Below are positions 5,414 to 6,042 of a stretch of 6,042 nt of DNA, one piece after another. The notes under the pieces were generated by a model that did not search any database, was not told where the DNA came from, and saw only the letters and a list, made by a program, of their open reading frames with translations. The number at the start of each line of letters is the position of its first letter. Within the stretch, counting starts at the first letter, position 1. The stretch is from a virus: IMG/VR virus record IMGVR_UViG_3300029565_000072, positions 1 to 6,042 of that record; one strand, 5' to 3'. A program made the translations under genes and the position numbers.

Positions 5414-6042
5414 ATGACAGTAGTAAGAACCTTAGGTAAAAATACGCTAGGCGACAACAATAAAATGAAAATCGCAATGAGAGACTATGACATGTCTACT
5501 CACGATATATCAACGATATTCAGAAGTTCAGTCGGCGTAGGAATGCTTGTACCATTCTGTAAAATACTTTGTCAAAAAGGAGACATCATTGATTTAAATT
5601 TAATCAACAAAACACTGAGCCAACCAACACTAGGACCACTTTTCGGATCATTCAAACTACAACATTTCCTGTTCTTCGGAGGTTTCCGGTTATATAACAG
5701 TTGGTTACACAATAACCGGACAGGAATCGGAATGAAAATGAGTGACATCAAATTACCAACGATGTTAGCAAAAACTTACGGAACAACAACAGACGCAAAA
5801 ACAAACATTTCGGCATCAGCCTTGTACAAATACCTTGGATGGACTAAATCAAGAAGAATTGGACCTAACGCAACACAAGGAGTAGAAAAAAATGGAGTCC
5901 CATTACTTTTATATCTAGACATATTTAAAAATTTCTTTGCAAACACACAGGAAGACAATTTTTATATGTTAAAAGGAGCCGGAAATATAAAATTAAATAT
6001 TGCGAAAACATATAATAACAATAACGATGGAATATACGTTAT
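5414..6042 (+). CDS. VP1: Major capsid protein VP1 (phage F-protein family), N-terminal part; runs off the window end and continues at 76..1426 after circularisation
   Basis: ATG at 5414 sits 8 nt after GGAGG (5401..5405). I translated the frame by hand and found no stop through 6042. The product begins MTVVRTLGKNTLGDNNKMKIAMRDYDMSTHDISTIFRSSVGVGMLVPFCKILCQKGDIIDLNL...PTLGPLFGSFKLQHFLFFGGFRLYNSWLHNN. This is the pattern I recall for microvirus capsid N-termini (STHDLS, G.L.P, GD, PLFGS.K, R.Y..W). The ORF track misses it because it has no stop inside the window. Confidence 0.93.
   Translation, partial: MTVVRTLGKNTLGDNNKMKIAMRDYDMSTHDISTIFRSSVGVGMLVPFCKILCQKGDIIDLNLINKTLSQPTLGPLFGSFKLQHFLFFGGFRLYNSWLHNNRTGIGMKMSDIKLPTMLAKTYGTTTDAKTNISASALYKYLGWTKSRRIGPNATQGVEKNGVPLLLYLDIFKNFFANTQEDNFYMLKGAGNIKLNIAKTYNNNNDGIYV
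5968..6042. repeat. Right copy of the 75-nt terminal redundancy (circular-contig overlap)
   Basis: Identical to 1..75. The offset of 5,967 is a multiple of 3, so the reading frame is preserved across the junction. Confidence 0.97.

Larger units (their letters stand above)
1..5967 (+). mobile_element. One unit length of a circular ssDNA Microviridae phage genome (Alpavirinae-like, probable Bacteroidota host)
   Basis: An exact 75-nt end overlap gives a 5,967-nt circle. The gene set VP1, VP2 and VP4/Rep lies all on one strand. The size is typical of Microviridae. The capsid ORF only becomes complete when the ends are joined. Confidence 0.9.

Noticed and set aside
145-5958. All minus-strand ORFs in the track: 145..330, 1396..1581, 2206..2604, 2247..2435, 2457..2663, 2666..2857, 2836..3024, 3200..3394, 5251..5460 and 5776..5958.
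   Set aside because: Each lies entirely or almost entirely antisense to a well-supported + strand gene, and their products are low-complexity and rich in Leu, Phe, Ser and Cys. That is what the complement of an A/G-rich coding strand produces. Microviridae transcribe only one strand.

Overview
The window holds one complete, circularly permuted genome (unit length 5,967 nt) of a small ssDNA phage of the family Microviridae, plus a 75-nt overlap: bases 1..75 recur exactly at 5968..6042. All credible genes are on the + strand and tightly packed. The major capsid protein VP1 starts at 5414, runs off the right end and continues in frame from the left end to 1426 (659 aa once circularised). It is followed by a 112-aa scaffold-like protein, an intrinsic terminator, the pilot/minor capsid protein VP2, and the HUH rolling-circle replication initiator VP4. 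After VP4 comes an unusually long (about 390-480 nt) structured non-coding region, then four tightly coupled small orphan ORFs leading back into VP1. The VP1 N-terminal pattern, the general lack of Shine-Dalgarno sites, the A-rich coding strand and a TTTG/TAnnTTTG promoter candidate point to an Alpavirinae-like phage of a Bacteroidota host. This taxon and host call rests on recollection and inference, not a database search. The points most worth follow-up are: (i) the G+C-enriched hairpin cluster and GGACA repeats in the non-coding region, as an origin candidate; (ii) a 28-bp dif-like (XerC/D-type) site in the VP3-like/VP2 spacer, which could support integrase-free lysogeny; (iii) a 66-aa signal-peptide or lipoprotein-like ORF as a candidate lysis or exclusion factor; (iv) arginine-rich ORFs overprinted on VP2 as weak candidates for a missing J-like DNA-packaging protein. 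No rRNA, tRNA, CRISPR, integrase or transposase is visible.
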